In this document: positions 33,514 to 43,310 of the stretch, one piece after another | Layout: the number at the start of each line of letters is the position of its first letter | How positions within the stretch are numbered: the first letter of the stretch is position 1 | From: Candidatus Latescibacterota bacterium | Lineage (GTDB): Bacteria > Latescibacterota > UBA2968 > GCA-2709665 | Length of the DNA stretch: 64,000 bases | Direction of reading: 5' to 3' | Assembly (NCBI GenBank): GCA_965205485.1 | Contig: OZ242180.1 | Span: forward strand, 3,264,001-3,328,000 | Notes under the pieces: generated by a model | Told to the model about the DNA's origin: nothing | The model's input: only the letters and a program-made list of their open reading frames with translations | Databases searched by the model: none | Position numbers and translations under genes: made by a program

Positions 33514-33894
33514 GTGGCGGTATTCCTTCACACCAGGATTCGGGTAAGCGACCTGGACAGGTCGGCGGCGTTTTATTGCGACCATTTCGGTTTCGTGGTG
33601 AAGAGCCGGTCGGAAAAGTCGCCGGCGGGAAACCAGATCATGCACCTGGAACTGCCGGGCAACGCCCATACGCTCGAACTGACCTGGTCGGACGACTACG
33701 AGCTGAACGTGCCGGAAGATCTGATGCATCTTGCAATCGGCGTGCCGGACCTCATTGCGTTTTGTGACGGTCTCGAGACCAAGGGCATCGAAATCTGGCC
33801 CGGCGATTGGCGTGAGACGTTTCCCGCGGGACGAAAGATGGCCTTTGTGGACGACCCGGACGGATACGAGATCGAACTGCTGGAGCGGACATAA
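33514..33894 (+). CDS. VOC family protein (lactoylglutathione lyase-like)
   Basis: AAGGAG RBS; FLHTRIRVSDLDRS, LELTW, HLAIGV, FVDDPDGYEIEL. Confidence 0.85.
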   Translation: MAVFLHTRIRVSDLDRSAAFYCDHFGFVVKSRSEKSPAGNQIMHLELPGNAHTLELTWSDDYELNVPEDLMHLAIGVPDLIAFCDGLETKGIEIWPGDWRETFPAGRKMAFVDDPDGYEIELLERT

Positions 33895-33976
33895 CCAGGG
33901 GAGGCCGGCGTCCGATACGACTTACGCGTTACGTCCTTCTTCGGCTTCGGCCCAACGGGACGCGACGTCGGTGCGC

Positions 33977-34870
33977 CTATCCCCGTTTGGGTACGCGCCA
34001 GTTGGGATGCCAGACGGAGGTTTCGGGCAGGGTTTCCGCCGACCAGCTGTTCTGCATGGTTTCGAATTCCGCGAACGCCGGACCAACCACGGTCTCCCAG
34101 AGGACCTCCACGTCTTCATAGGTTCGCAGCTTGTGATCCGGCTTCCCGCTTTCGTATTCGTCGAGCAGTTCCCGGGCTTTTTCGCCCAGCCAGCGGACTT
34201 CGTCCGCCACCATGCGCTCGCCAACGCGGCGATCTGATTTCCGGACCGTTGGCCCCATTGCAAAATGAGGTCCTGGGGCGTCTTCGCGAGGCAGCCGGGA
34301 CATGTCCACGCAGTCAGGATGAAGCGCCCAGAGCAGCGACGTCTCGACCTTGCCGGCGTGGTCGCCGCCGCTTTTCCCGTCTTTATCGAAGCCGGGCTGG
34401 TTGGCTTCGTGGTCCGGAAGGCCGTAGAGCCTGGTGCCCACGTGGGGTTGCACCAGGTCGATCAGCGTTTTGAGGTCCTTCCAGTTGGGGCCATAATGAC
34501 CCGTAATAAAGATGGCGGCGTGGAATCTGAGGTGATCGGCCATCCGGATGTGGTAGCAGATGTTCTTGAAATGCTGCCAGGGCGGCATGCAGGTCATCCA
34601 GGAACGTTCGACCTGCCCCACCGTTCGCTCGAGCCACAGCGCATACCCGCCCAGTTCGTGTATGTGCCAGAAGTCCGGCGGGGCAACGATGCCGCCGTGC
34701 GCACGCGCGGCCTCGCAGGCGATGCCGTGGGCTTTTAATCCATCCAGGCCCACCGCGTCGTGGGGCCCGTGAGGTTCGCAAAGGCCGTATGTGAAGTAGA
34801 CAAGCGGGCAATCCTCCCATGCGGCTTCCAGCTGATCGGGAAACATGCGTTCCCATTGTACCTGGCGCAT
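33977..34870 (-). CDS. Creatininase family protein
   Basis: GLCEPHGPHDAVGLD, GHYGPN, DHAGKVETS. Confidence 0.85.
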   Translation of the reverse strand: MRQVQWERMFPDQLEAAWEDCPLVYFTYGLCEPHGPHDAVGLDGLKAHGIACEAARAHGGIVAPPDFWHIHELGGYALWLERTVGQVERSWMTCMPPWQHFKNICYHIRMADHLRFHAAIFITGHYGPNWKDLKTLIDLVQPHVGTRLYGLPDHEANQPGFDKDGKSGGDHAGKVETSLLWALHPDCVDMSRLPREDAPGPHFAMGPTVRKSDRRVGERMVADEVRWLGEKARELLDEYESGKPDHKLRTYEDVEVLWETVVGPAFAEFETMQNSWSAETLPETSVWHPNWRVPKRG

Positions 34871-34916
34871 TGCGCATCTCCTCTCGGATCGTCGAACTCC
34901 GGAGTTTACCGGCTGA

Positions 34917-34972
34917 GAAGTTGTTTTTAAATAGCCGGTGAGTTCCCGAGCGCGAGCGAAAAAGTGGCGGTC
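34917..34972. mobile_element. MITE family A, truncated left end
   Basis: GAAGTTGTTTTTAAATAGCCGGTGAGTTCCCGAGCGCGAGCGAAAAAGTGGCGGTC matches the first ~56 bp of the full copies. Confidence 0.8.
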
Positions 34973-36012
34973 TATTGCACCCGGCCCCGGCCGGCAACGG
35001 CCCACACGGCTTCCACAACGCCGTTCCTCACCGCGTAGGCGGTATCGTGCAGATTGGTCGTCATGCCCTGGTGCTGGGGAATGATCGAAAGGCGTTCCCC
35101 TACCTGGAACGCATGTTCGCAGGCGCTGACGTCAATATGGCCGTGTTCCACTGACATGCCGTATATTCTGGCATCGGGGTGTTCCACGATGTAACCGTAC
35201 GGGATGGGGGGGTAGCTCGCGAAGGTCTTCTGGCCGCCATCCACAATAATACGTTCGGGGGTGGGGGTGCTGACGACGGTTACGATCATGCGCTCCGCGC
35301 AGGTGACGGGGTTCGGAGGGTTGTCCGTGTGATTGATGCGGCGCATCCCCTCGAAAACGTAGGAGCCGATGCGGGTTTCGGTGCAGCCAATCTGTTTGGA
35401 AACGGCTTCGCTTCCCGTCCCGCCCCCGCTGACGACGGGCGCCGGGATGCCGGCGTCTTCCAGCAGCGCTCGTGTCCGTGTAAGAAAGGGTTCCGCCTGC
35501 GGACGGCTGGGATAGGTCATGATACCCCTGAAATGGAGGCCGGGCATCCGGACGACTTTACGGGCGAGTTCCAGGGCTGCCTCGGGAGACTGGACGCCGC
35601 ATCGATTGCCGCCGGTATCCAGTTCGATCAATACCGGGATGTCCGGATTTCCCGCCTTTTCTGAAATGCCGCGGGCCGTTGTTTCCGAATCCAGGGCTAC
35701 GGATATTGTTGCCCTCTTCCGGAGACGGACAAGGCGTTCTACTTTCCTCGCGCCAACGATGTTGTACGGAATGAGGATGTCGGCAATCCCCGCATCGGCC
35801 ATCGCCTCCGCTTCTCCGAGCTTCTGGCAGACGATACCTGCGGCGCCGGCCTCAAGCTGAAGGTGGGCGATTTCGGGGATCTTGTGGGTCTTGGTATGGA
35901 CCCGAAGCGCGATTTCGTGCCTGCGGCAGGATTCGGCCAGATCGTGGATATTTCTGGATAATATATCCAGATCTATGGTCAGCGCGGGCGTATCAAGTTC
36001 CTCGACTCGCAT
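34972..36012 (-). CDS. D-threonine aldolase / D-serine dehydratase-like PLP enzyme (fold type III)
   Basis: LDTPAL, LRVHTKTHK, QKLGEAE, RCGV, SGGGT, SVEHG. Confidence 0.85.
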   Translation of the reverse strand: MRVEELDTPALTIDLDILSRNIHDLAESCRRHEIALRVHTKTHKIPEIAHLQLEAGAAGIVCQKLGEAEAMADAGIADILIPYNIVGARKVERLVRLRKRATISVALDSETTARGISEKAGNPDIPVLIELDTGGNRCGVQSPEAALELARKVVRMPGLHFRGIMTYPSRPQAEPFLTRTRALLEDAGIPAPVVSGGGTGSEAVSKQIGCTETRIGSYVFEGMRRINHTDNPPNPVTCAERMIVTVVSTPTPERIIVDGGQKTFASYPPIPYGYIVEHPDARIYGMSVEHGHIDVSACEHAFQVGERLSIIPQHQGMTTNLHDTAYAVRNGVVEAVWAVAGRGRVQ

Positions 36013-36203
36013 GGCAACTGTCCTCATCATCCAGGGATTGACGTGTGAGTGGGACGGGTAAGTTAAGCGCCGGGCGGGGATAATTCAAAGACAAAAGCAC
36101 GCGCGTGAACTTTTTTCATTTGTTGATTTCTCTTGACAGCGCCGGCCGCGCCCGGCTAATTATGAATCTGGCACTTGGCTTCACCATATCCTGAGGGGGT
36201 GTT

Positions 36204-37220
36204 TTGGCAATTCAGATCGGGTTTATCGGCGCCGGGGGTCGTGCGAGATCCCACATGCGGGTGTTACAGGCGATTGAGGACGTGGACATCATCGCGATCT
36301 GCGACGTGCGGCGGGAAACCGCCGAGCAGGTGGCGGGTGAAACCGGCGCGAGGGCGTATACGGACCATCGGAAGATGCTGGATCGTGAGCCGCTGTCCGT
36401 CCTGTATGTCTGCGTACCCACGTTTGCGCATACCGACGCCGAGATTCTGGCGGTGCGGAAGGGTGTGCATCTGTTCGTGGAAAAGCCCGTGGCGCCGACA
36501 ATGGAGAAGGCCCTCGAAATCCTGGAAGCCGTGCGGGAGGCGGGCGTATTGACCTGCGTGGGATACCAGTTGCGCTATTCCGGAATCGTACAGCAGGCGA
36601 AGGCGTTCCTGGAGGGTCGAAAGATCGGGATGGCCGCGGTCCACAGATGGGGCGGGCTGCCCGGAACCCCGTGGTGGCGCGTGATGGCGCAGTCGGGCGG
36701 CCAGATCGTCGAACAGACCACGCACCAGGTGGATCTGCTTCGCTATCTTGTGGGCGAGGTGGCGGAAGTGCACGCCTATTACGCGTTGCGTACGCTGGAT
36801 GACGAGGAAGGCCTGGATATACCGGACGTACACTCGATCAATCTGAAATTCGAGACGGGGGCAATCGGCTCATTGACCTCCACCTGCACGTTTCGAAACG
36901 GCGGGGGGACGGGACTCATGTCGTTCGTGATGAAAGACCTGCGAGCGGAATTCGGTGCGGAAGGCCTGGTGGTCTATCCTGAATCCGCCGCAGACCCGGG
37001 ACCCGTTCATCCTGACGCCGGAGATATCGACGAGGTTTTTATGGATGCCATCCGCAAGGGCGACGGGTCGGCCGTTCTGTCGGACTATGAGGACGGCGTC
37101 CGTTCACTCGACGCGACCCTCGCAGCCAACCGTTCCGCCGTCAGCGGACGGCCGGAAGCGCCCTGTCTCTCAGGTACTGGCGCCGCCGGGCGGGAACCGG
37201 CGGCCCGGTTCCGCGTGTAA
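36204..37220 (+). CDS. Gfo/Idh/MocA family oxidoreductase
   Basis: IGFIGAGG, FVEKP, GYQLRY, SGGQIVEQTTHQVD. Confidence 0.9.
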   Translation: MAIQIGFIGAGGRARSHMRVLQAIEDVDIIAICDVRRETAEQVAGETGARAYTDHRKMLDREPLSVLYVCVPTFAHTDAEILAVRKGVHLFVEKPVAPTMEKALEILEAVREAGVLTCVGYQLRYSGIVQQAKAFLEGRKIGMAAVHRWGGLPGTPWWRVMAQSGGQIVEQTTHQVDLLRYLVGEVAEVHAYYALRTLDDEEGLDIPDVHSINLKFETGAIGSLTSTCTFRNGGGTGLMSFVMKDLRAEFGAEGLVVYPESAADPGPVHPDAGDIDEVFMDAIRKGDGSAVLSDYEDGVRSLDATLAANRSAVSGRPEAPCLSGTGAAGREPAARFRV

Positions 37221-37268
37221 TCATGAGTACATGAAACAGCTTCTAATGGACGTAATGGAGGTTAACCT

Positions 37269-37946
37269 ATGAAGTCACAGCGTCACCGGCGGCCGCGTAC
37301 CGGACGGATACTGGTAGATTATCTGAAGTCGATCTTCTTTGCTGTCTTTCTGGCTGTATTGATCAGGGCAACGCTGGTGCAGGCCTATCACATTCCGTCG
37401 GGTTCCATGGAAAACACGTTGATGGAGGGCGACTACGTTCTGGGCGACAAGTTGACGTTCGGTACGCAGATTCCCGATCGTCTCCCGGTTCTGAACTACA
37501 AGCTGCCTTCCTTTCGATTGCCGGGTTTTCGTTCTCCGCAACCCGGCGATCTGGTGATTTTTGAATACCCGCAGGATCCGTCCCGGGACTTCATCAAGCG
37601 TTGTATCGCGGTGGAAGGTCAAACGATCGAGATCAGGAACAAGGTTGTCTATGTCAACGGCAAGCCATTCGTGAATCCCGCGGGCGTGAAGTTCATGGAC
37701 CGGCGGACGCAGACAAGACGGTATAGCCCGCGCGACAACTACGGCCCCTATATGGTGCCTCCGGGTCATGTATTCGTGATGGGCGACAATCGGGACAACA
37801 GCGACGACAGCCGGTTCTGGGGCCCGGTGTCGCTCGACAGGGTGAAAGCGCACCCGCTGCTGATCTACTTTTCGTGGAATTCCGGAGCGCCGCTATGGAA
37901 TCCGTTCGTCAAGATTCGATGGAGACGACTGGGCATAGTGCAATGA
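37269..37946 (+). CDS. lepB: Signal peptidase I
   Basis: IPSGSMENTL, DFIKR, MGDNRDNSDDSRFWG. Confidence 0.95.
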   Translation: MKSQRHRRPRTGRILVDYLKSIFFAVFLAVLIRATLVQAYHIPSGSMENTLMEGDYVLGDKLTFGTQIPDRLPVLNYKLPSFRLPGFRSPQPGDLVIFEYPQDPSRDFIKRCIAVEGQTIEIRNKVVYVNGKPFVNPAGVKFMDRRTQTRRYSPRDNYGPYMVPPGHVFVMGDNRDNSDDSRFWGPVSLDRVKAHPLLIYFSWNSGAPLWNPFVKIRWRRLGIVQ

Positions 37947-37999
37947 TCGTCGCCCGGTGCTTTCCGCAAGCGGTGACGGGACTGTGAGTTCAGTAATAA

Positions 38000-38188
38000 G
38001 AAGCTGTTTTAAAATTCCCAGCGGTCTTCGCACGGCTGCAAAAGTGCCGGTCGGCGTTGGGCAAATCCACCCAAGAGTGGCGAGGGGCGCGCAGCCACGA
38101 TACATTAGTATATGGGCGGATTTTCCCGCCTTGACCGTCACTTTTTCGCTCGCGCTCGGGAACTCACCGGTAATTTTAAAACAGCTTC
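38000..38188. mobile_element. MITE family A, copy 2 (189 bp, opposite orientation)
   Basis: Perfect TIRs GAAGCTGTTTTAAAATT / AATTTTAAAACAGCTTC with TAA on both sides. Confidence 0.9.
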
Positions 38189-38205
38189 TAAGAAAGGCGG
38201 GCCCG

Positions 38206-38787
38206 ATGACCAGACGACATTACAGTTTCCGGTTCTGCCTCGTATTTCTCTTCGCGACGCTGAGTTGCGGCCCGATACCGGAGGACACCGCCAATAATCC
38301 AACCGACGCCGCCGATGGCGACCGGGTGTATTCCAACGATGAATGGGGATTCCGGATTACAGTCCCGGACGTGTGGGGATGGACGGCCCAGACGTCCTTC
38401 CAGACCCGGGAGCCGAATGGATTGCCCAGGGTTGAAGTGGTTATGAACCGCGAGCCGATCTCGGGATTCGTGGCCGTACTGACCTTAAGGCCTCGCGCAC
38501 TTTCGGAAAGAGCGACGCTTCAGACCGTTACGGCCGAACTCGAGGAGGAGTTCAAGGCCACCTTTCTGGGATACACGGCGCAGGAGAAGCGCACGTTTCA
38601 GATTTCCGGGCGCGAAGGCATCGAGTGGATTTTCCGGACGGTGTTTCTGCGTCGGCGGGGCGACCGGTTTCTCGTTACGGTCGTCCTGGACGGGCGAAAA
38701 GCCTATCTGATGATGGGCAACGGGACGTCCGCCGCCTTTCCCGTCGACGAGTACCAATCAATAGTGAAGTCGCTTGAATTCCGATAA
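38206..38787 (+). CDS. Hypothetical lipoprotein (possibly PsbP/Mog1-like fold)
   Basis: Signal peptide ending TLS-C; YSNDEWGFRITVPDVW. Confidence 0.65.
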   Translation: MTRRHYSFRFCLVFLFATLSCGPIPEDTANNPTDAADGDRVYSNDEWGFRITVPDVWGWTAQTSFQTREPNGLPRVEVVMNREPISGFVAVLTLRPRALSERATLQTVTAELEEEFKATFLGYTAQEKRTFQISGREGIEWIFRTVFLRRRGDRFLVTVVLDGRKAYLMMGNGTSAAFPVDEYQSIVKSLEFR

Positions 38788-39010
38788 AACCGGGACAGCG
38801 GGACGTATTTCACGCATTCCGAAGACCGCTTCTGGACGTTTTATGTATTGGAGCACTGCTGTTTAGGATAGGTTGAAAAAGACGATTTTGGATGCGTAAA
38901 CACCTGTTTTTCTTCAAAGTCGATTCGAAATGCCAATGCAGGTTCCCTTCTTTTGGCCACGGTTGTCCAAGACAGGAACCGATTTGGGGCCGGTGTGGTT
39001 GGCGTTCCCG

Positions 39011-39158
39011 GGAGCGAGGGCATCCTGCCCTCGACGTCGGATAACTCGTCGCACACGGTGTTTTGCGCGAACCGGTGTCGGATTGAATGGACGCGTCAGG
39101 ACCTCGACGCGAATAGGGATAGGTGACGCGAAGTTCGAGGGCAGGATGCCCTCGCTCC
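39011..39158. repeat. REP-like doublet (REPIN): two perfect 24-bp inverted copies
   Basis: GGAGCGAGGGCATCCTGCCCTCGA (39011-39034) and its exact reverse complement (39135-39158). Each is a hairpin with a GGAG foot. Confidence 0.75.
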
Positions 39159-39284
39159 GGTTACTGGTGGGTCATGTCGTGATATCGGTTGGAAAAGACG
39201 ATTTTGGACATGTGTGGTATTGGAGAGGAGTTCACCGGCTGCCCCGCGTCCGCAATTGATACGCGGAGATACGCTCTGCTCCAA

Positions 39285-39331
39285 AGGGTCCCGGCGGGAT
39301 GCGTCAATGTCCCCCGCGACCCTGTTTTTTT
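39285..39331 (+). terminator. Intrinsic terminator, T-tract on + strand
   Basis: AGGGTC...GACCCT stem followed by G-T7. Confidence 0.55.
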
Positions 39332-39341
39332 GTTGCGCCGT

Positions 39342-40970
39342 TCAGTCCACAGGCTCACAACGTCTTCGAATTGTCACCAGGCCGAGCCCTTCGTTTTGAA
39401 GGGCTTCCCTGAAGACACTGCGCATTCGGGCCTCCGGGTCCGCTTCCTCAACCGTCCAGACCTGGTCGACGCCGCAGGCCGCCGCCAGGTTGTTGATGGC
39501 AACCACGGGTCCGGTTTTTCCGTTGACCGGGACGCCTCGATCCGGGGTGGGCTGGCCCCCTGTCGTGAGTGAACCGGCGTTGTCGAGTACCACAAGCAAC
39601 AGGTTGGCGCCGGTGGATCCGGCGTGGATCAGCGCGTTGACGCTGCTGTGATAGAAAGCCGAGTCGCCTGTAATGGCCACGGCGCGCTCCTCAATACCGG
39701 CCTTCTGGAGTCCCAGCGCCGCGCCGACGGCGGAGCCCATACACAGTTTGGTGTCGAGATATCGGGCGGCGATAACGACGCAGCCGGGATCGGCGGTAAG
39801 GAACGGGTTCTGGCCCAGCGCCGCCGCTTCTTCACGCAGCGCGGCAAGGATTTCATTGTAGGGGCAGCCGGCGCAATGCGACTTTCGGTATGGCTTTTCC
39901 TCCTGCCAGCCCGCTTCCGTGAAGACGCGCTTCGGGCTCAGGTCAGGCAGACAAGCCTTCAGCGCCTGCTGCATCTGCCAGCGGAAGAGTTCGCCTTCTC
40001 CGGGGACATGACCGCTGCGTTTGCCGATGACCGGCGGCGTGACGCCCGCGTCGTACCCGATGGTCTTGACGCCGTCTTCCAGATACGGGTCTACTTCCTC
40101 CAAAACCAGCACCTTCCTGCATCTTTTCAGGAAATCCGCGATCAGGCCGCCCGGAAGGGGATAAATGGATGCGAGTTTCAGGAATCTGAGCCCCGAGATA
40201 TCCGCGCCTTCAAGCGCGTCCTGAAGTTTATTGTGGACGAATCCCGACGCGATGACGCCCAGTTCTCCGGCGCCGTCGATCCGGTTGAAGGGAATATCCT
40301 CGAACGAGTGAGAGATGTCCTTGAGATTACGATGGAGCCGTCGGTGGTTGGGTATGCAGTTTGAGAGGGACGAAATCCAGCGCATCGGCTCTCTGTCCGG
40401 TTCCAGCGCCTGCCGGGACGCGGGTCTCCGGACAGGGTACAGGTCGGCTTCGCAGACGCTGAAGCTCCGGGTGATGCGGAGGATCACAACCGTACGGAAC
40501 GACTCGGAGAATTCGAAAGCCCAACGCATCATTCGCCGTCCTTCCGCCGGCGTCGCGGGCTCGAGCATGGGGATTTCCGCAAGGGGGGCGAAAAACCGGC
40601 CGTCCTGTTCATTCTGCGACCCCCACGCTCCCGGATCGTCGCCCATGAGGATCACCAGCCCCGCGTGAACGCCGGTCATATTCAGGACCATCAGCGTATC
40701 CAGCGCCACGTTCATACCCACGCTCTTCAAGCACACGAGTACGCGGCGGCCGCCCTGGGAGACGCCCGCGGCGACGTCCAGGGCGATGCGTTCGTTCAGA
40801 CACCACTCGGCATCGTGGCCGTATTCGTCCGCGGTGTCGGACAGCGCCGTAAACGTGCCGGTGCCCGGCGAACCGGGATATCCGGTAACGCAGCTGACAC
40901 CGGCCTCGATCGCGCCCCAGGCCAACGCCGTATCTCCATTGATTCGCATTGCATCCATCGGGGTCTCCAT
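39342..40970 (-). CDS. iorA: Indolepyruvate:ferredoxin oxidoreductase alpha subunit-like ThDP enzyme
   Basis: GYPGSPGT, NERIAL, KSVGMNVALD, DDPGAWGSQNEQD, CAGCP, GDSAFYH...LDN. Confidence 0.8.
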   Translation of the reverse strand: METPMDAMRINGDTALAWGAIEAGVSCVTGYPGSPGTGTFTALSDTADEYGHDAEWCLNERIALDVAAGVSQGGRRVLVCLKSVGMNVALDTLMVLNMTGVHAGLVILMGDDPGAWGSQNEQDGRFFAPLAEIPMLEPATPAEGRRMMRWAFEFSESFRTVVILRITRSFSVCEADLYPVRRPASRQALEPDREPMRWISSLSNCIPNHRRLHRNLKDISHSFEDIPFNRIDGAGELGVIASGFVHNKLQDALEGADISGLRFLKLASIYPLPGGLIADFLKRCRKVLVLEEVDPYLEDGVKTIGYDAGVTPPVIGKRSGHVPGEGELFRWQMQQALKACLPDLSPKRVFTEAGWQEEKPYRKSHCAGCPYNEILAALREEAAALGQNPFLTADPGCVVIAARYLDTKLCMGSAVGAALGLQKAGIEERAVAITGDSAFYHSSVNALIHAGSTGANLLLVVLDNAGSLTTGGQPTPDRGVPVNGKTGPVVAINNLAAACGVDQVWTVEEADPEARMRSVFREALQNEGLGLVTIRRRCEPVD

Positions 40971-41056
40971 TGGGAGTCGTTCTGATTATGGAAGGAACGA
41001 CGATGGTACCCGTACATCCGGGGCTTGTCAAGCGGTAATGCGAATTCGGCGGATTA

Positions 41057-42454
41057 TCAGATCAACCCGATAAGCCGCCAGTAAAGGAAGTTGAGGGGAA
41101 TAAGAAACAGGAGCGAGATCAGCGCCAGCAGAACCATGAGCCGGATGAATTGCCCCATATGCACGTAGCGGAAGCTGTACGCCAATATGAACGGCGCCGC
41201 CTGGTACGGAAAGAACCCGCAACTTGCGACAATGGCCATACAGAGGGCGGCGGGAAGCGGCGCCAGGCCGGTCTGTGCGGCGACCTCCAGGAGGACGGGC
41301 GTGAGGATGGCGGCAACCGCAGCCGTGTCCGCCAGAAAATTGAAGGGCAGAATGAAGGCCGAGAGCGCACCAAGCTGTGTAACCAGGCTGCCGTCAAAAC
41401 GGCTCAGCCATTCGGTAAATTGGCTGGCGAGCAGGGGGCTGAAACCGGTGGTCTCGAGCGCGTGACCCACGGAAAACGCGGCGGCGATGTAGATGAGCAG
41501 CGGAAAGTTGATCTTTTTCAGCAGGTCGGGATGCAGGGGTCCCAATCCGGGTAGATAACAGGCCAGAACAAGCCCCAGGCCCACGTAGGCCGGATGGATG
41601 CCGTGCAGCGCGTCTGTCGCCCAGAGCAATATGCCCGCAAACAGGATGCACAGGGTTTTCTTCTCTGCAGCCGTTACGCGGTCGGGGACTTCCTCATCGA
41701 CGTCGAGTCTCGTCCCGATGCGGTAATCCCCTCGCACCGGCAACAACAGCCGGATCAGCGCGTAACAGCACGCAACCCGGCACAGGGAGAATACGGGAAA
41801 GAGATACAGCGTCCACTGACCCCAGTAGACGATGATGTCCCGGGATTCCAGGACACCGAAGACCACCAGGCTGGGCACGGAAGCCGTAAGGACGCCGGTG
41901 CCGCCGTAGTATGTGGAACAGGCCAGGGAGAGGATCAGCGCCGCGCTCACCCGTGAACCGGGCGGTTCTCCAAGCGTCCGCAGCAGGGTGACGATGAGAG
42001 GCATCAGGATCAGGATTCGCACGACCCCCGAGGGGATGAGAAGCGCGGAGAGCATGCCCAGGACGTGGAGCGCGAGGATCAGCCCGTTCAGGCTCCCGAT
42101 GCGCCCCAGGACGAGGCGCGAGAGCCGTGTGCCCAACGGGGTTTCGGTAATGCCCAGGCTGAGGGCCATGCCGGCGAAGATGAGCCAGACGGTCTTGCTC
42201 GCGAAGGGTCCGAAGGCGGTCTCGAACGGGAGTACGCCCAGGACGGGAAAGAGGACGATCAGCAGCAGCGAACTGTATTCCAGGGGGACCGGTTCGAAGG
42301 TCCATAGAACGATCGTTGCAAGAGACAGCGCCAGCGCCAGACGCGGCACCGTGTCCAGGTCTCCCGGATACAGGATGACGAGCAGCGGTAGAAGAATGGC
42401 CAGAATCAGCCCGGCTGCGGTTTTTCGGGTCATTGTGGCGATACCTTGGTTCAT
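41057..42454 (-). CDS. SLC13/DASS family anion transporter
   Basis: Multi-TM protein with LWTFEPVP, LGTRL, IPSGVVR, LWATD, PYQAAP. Confidence 0.85.
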   Translation of the reverse strand: MNQGIATMTRKTAAGLILAILLPLLVILYPGDLDTVPRLALALSLATIVLWTFEPVPLEYSSLLLIVLFPVLGVLPFETAFGPFASKTVWLIFAGMALSLGITETPLGTRLSRLVLGRIGSLNGLILALHVLGMLSALLIPSGVVRILILMPLIVTLLRTLGEPPGSRVSAALILSLACSTYYGGTGVLTASVPSLVVFGVLESRDIIVYWGQWTLYLFPVFSLCRVACCYALIRLLLPVRGDYRIGTRLDVDEEVPDRVTAAEKKTLCILFAGILLWATDALHGIHPAYVGLGLVLACYLPGLGPLHPDLLKKINFPLLIYIAAAFSVGHALETTGFSPLLASQFTEWLSRFDGSLVTQLGALSAFILPFNFLADTAAVAAILTPVLLEVAAQTGLAPLPAALCMAIVASCGFFPYQAAPFILAYSFRYVHMGQFIRLMVLLALISLLFLIPLNFLYWRLIGLI

Positions 42455-42652
42455 TGTGTGAACGCGAGAGATCGAAAATAGACAAAGAACTCACAAGATG
42501 CAATGAAATTAACAGGTTATGCGCGATTGAGGTCGTTCAATGCAATTCGCAGAGAGTACAGGTACTTTGCATGAAGATTGCCTTGCAGACTGGGACGGAT
42601 TTGGATCATTTAATGTGTGCCTGCCCCCTCCTTCGGGACAAAATACTCATGC

Positions 42653-42681
42653 TTGACATTAGTAATGTATTTCGTTATTAT
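42653..42681 (+). promoter_or_regulatory. higBA promoter with overlapping operator-like palindrome
   Basis: TTGACA-17 bp-TATTAT; TAATG-N5-CGTTA in the spacer; ATG 8 nt downstream with no RBS (leaderless). Confidence 0.7.
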
Positions 42682-42689
42682 ATGAATTT

Positions 42690-42968
42690 ATGAATCGGTT
42701 TAGAAATGACGACTCCCAGCGCCTCTTCGCCGGGCAACGGATCCGGCGATTGCCGGCCGACATTCAGCGACGTGCGCGTGTGAGATTGCAAAGAGTGATG
42801 GCGGCAGCGGCGCTCACCGACCTTTCGGTACCTCCTTCCCACCGACTCGAAGCCCTGAAAGGCGACCGCAAGGGCCAGTTCAGCATCCGCATCAATGACC
42901 AGTGGCGCGTGTGTTTTGTCTGGACGGACCGGGGCGCCATGGAAATCGAAGTCACCGACTACCACTGA
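42690..42968 (+). CDS. higB: HigB (RelE/ParE-family) toxin
   Basis: PPSHRLEALKGDRKGQFSIRINDQWRVCFVW...DYH. Confidence 0.92.
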   Translation: MNRFRNDDSQRLFAGQRIRRLPADIQRRARVRLQRVMAAAALTDLSVPPSHRLEALKGDRKGQFSIRINDQWRVCFVWTDRGAMEIEVTDYH

Positions 42969-42979
42969 GGAGGTTGCTT

Positions 42980-43270
42980 ATGACAACCCCTGAACCGATA
43001 CACCCGGGAGAACATCTGGCGGAGATCGTCGAGGAGCTCGGCATTACACAATACCGCCTGGCCAAGACGATAGGCGTGCCGCAAGTACGCATCCACGATA
43101 TTGTCCATTGCCGCAGGTCCATTACGGCGGATACAGCGCTGCGAATCGGCAAGGCCCTGGGCATGACCCCCGACTTCTGGCTCAATCTGCAGCGGATGTA
43201 CGACCTTGACGTCGCCCGTTCCAGGACAGACGTCAGCGCCATCGAGCCGCTTGTCAAGGTATCGGGTTGA
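42980..43270 (+). CDS. higA: HigA antitoxin
   Basis: GAGGAGG RBS; PIHPGEHL, ITADTALRI, FWLNLQRMYDL. Confidence 0.92.
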   Translation: MTTPEPIHPGEHLAEIVEELGITQYRLAKTIGVPQVRIHDIVHCRRSITADTALRIGKALGMTPDFWLNLQRMYDLDVARSRTDVSAIEPLVKVSG

Positions 43271-43310
43271 GCCCGCCCTGCACGACCGAATAGTACGTCA
43301 GGAGATCGAA

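Noticed and set aside
37957..38205. Shared peptide FARARELTG / FSLALGNSPV in several ORFs
   Set aside because: It is the translation of MITE family A, not a protein domain.
39222..39283. tRNA-like GGAG...CTCCA ends
   Set aside because: Too short, mismatched acceptor stem, no T-loop or D-arm.
42500..42590. Sigma54 promoter (GG-N10-GC, minus strand) and IHF-like site
   Set aside because: Weak matches, and the IHF-like site lies on the wrong side of the putative promoter.
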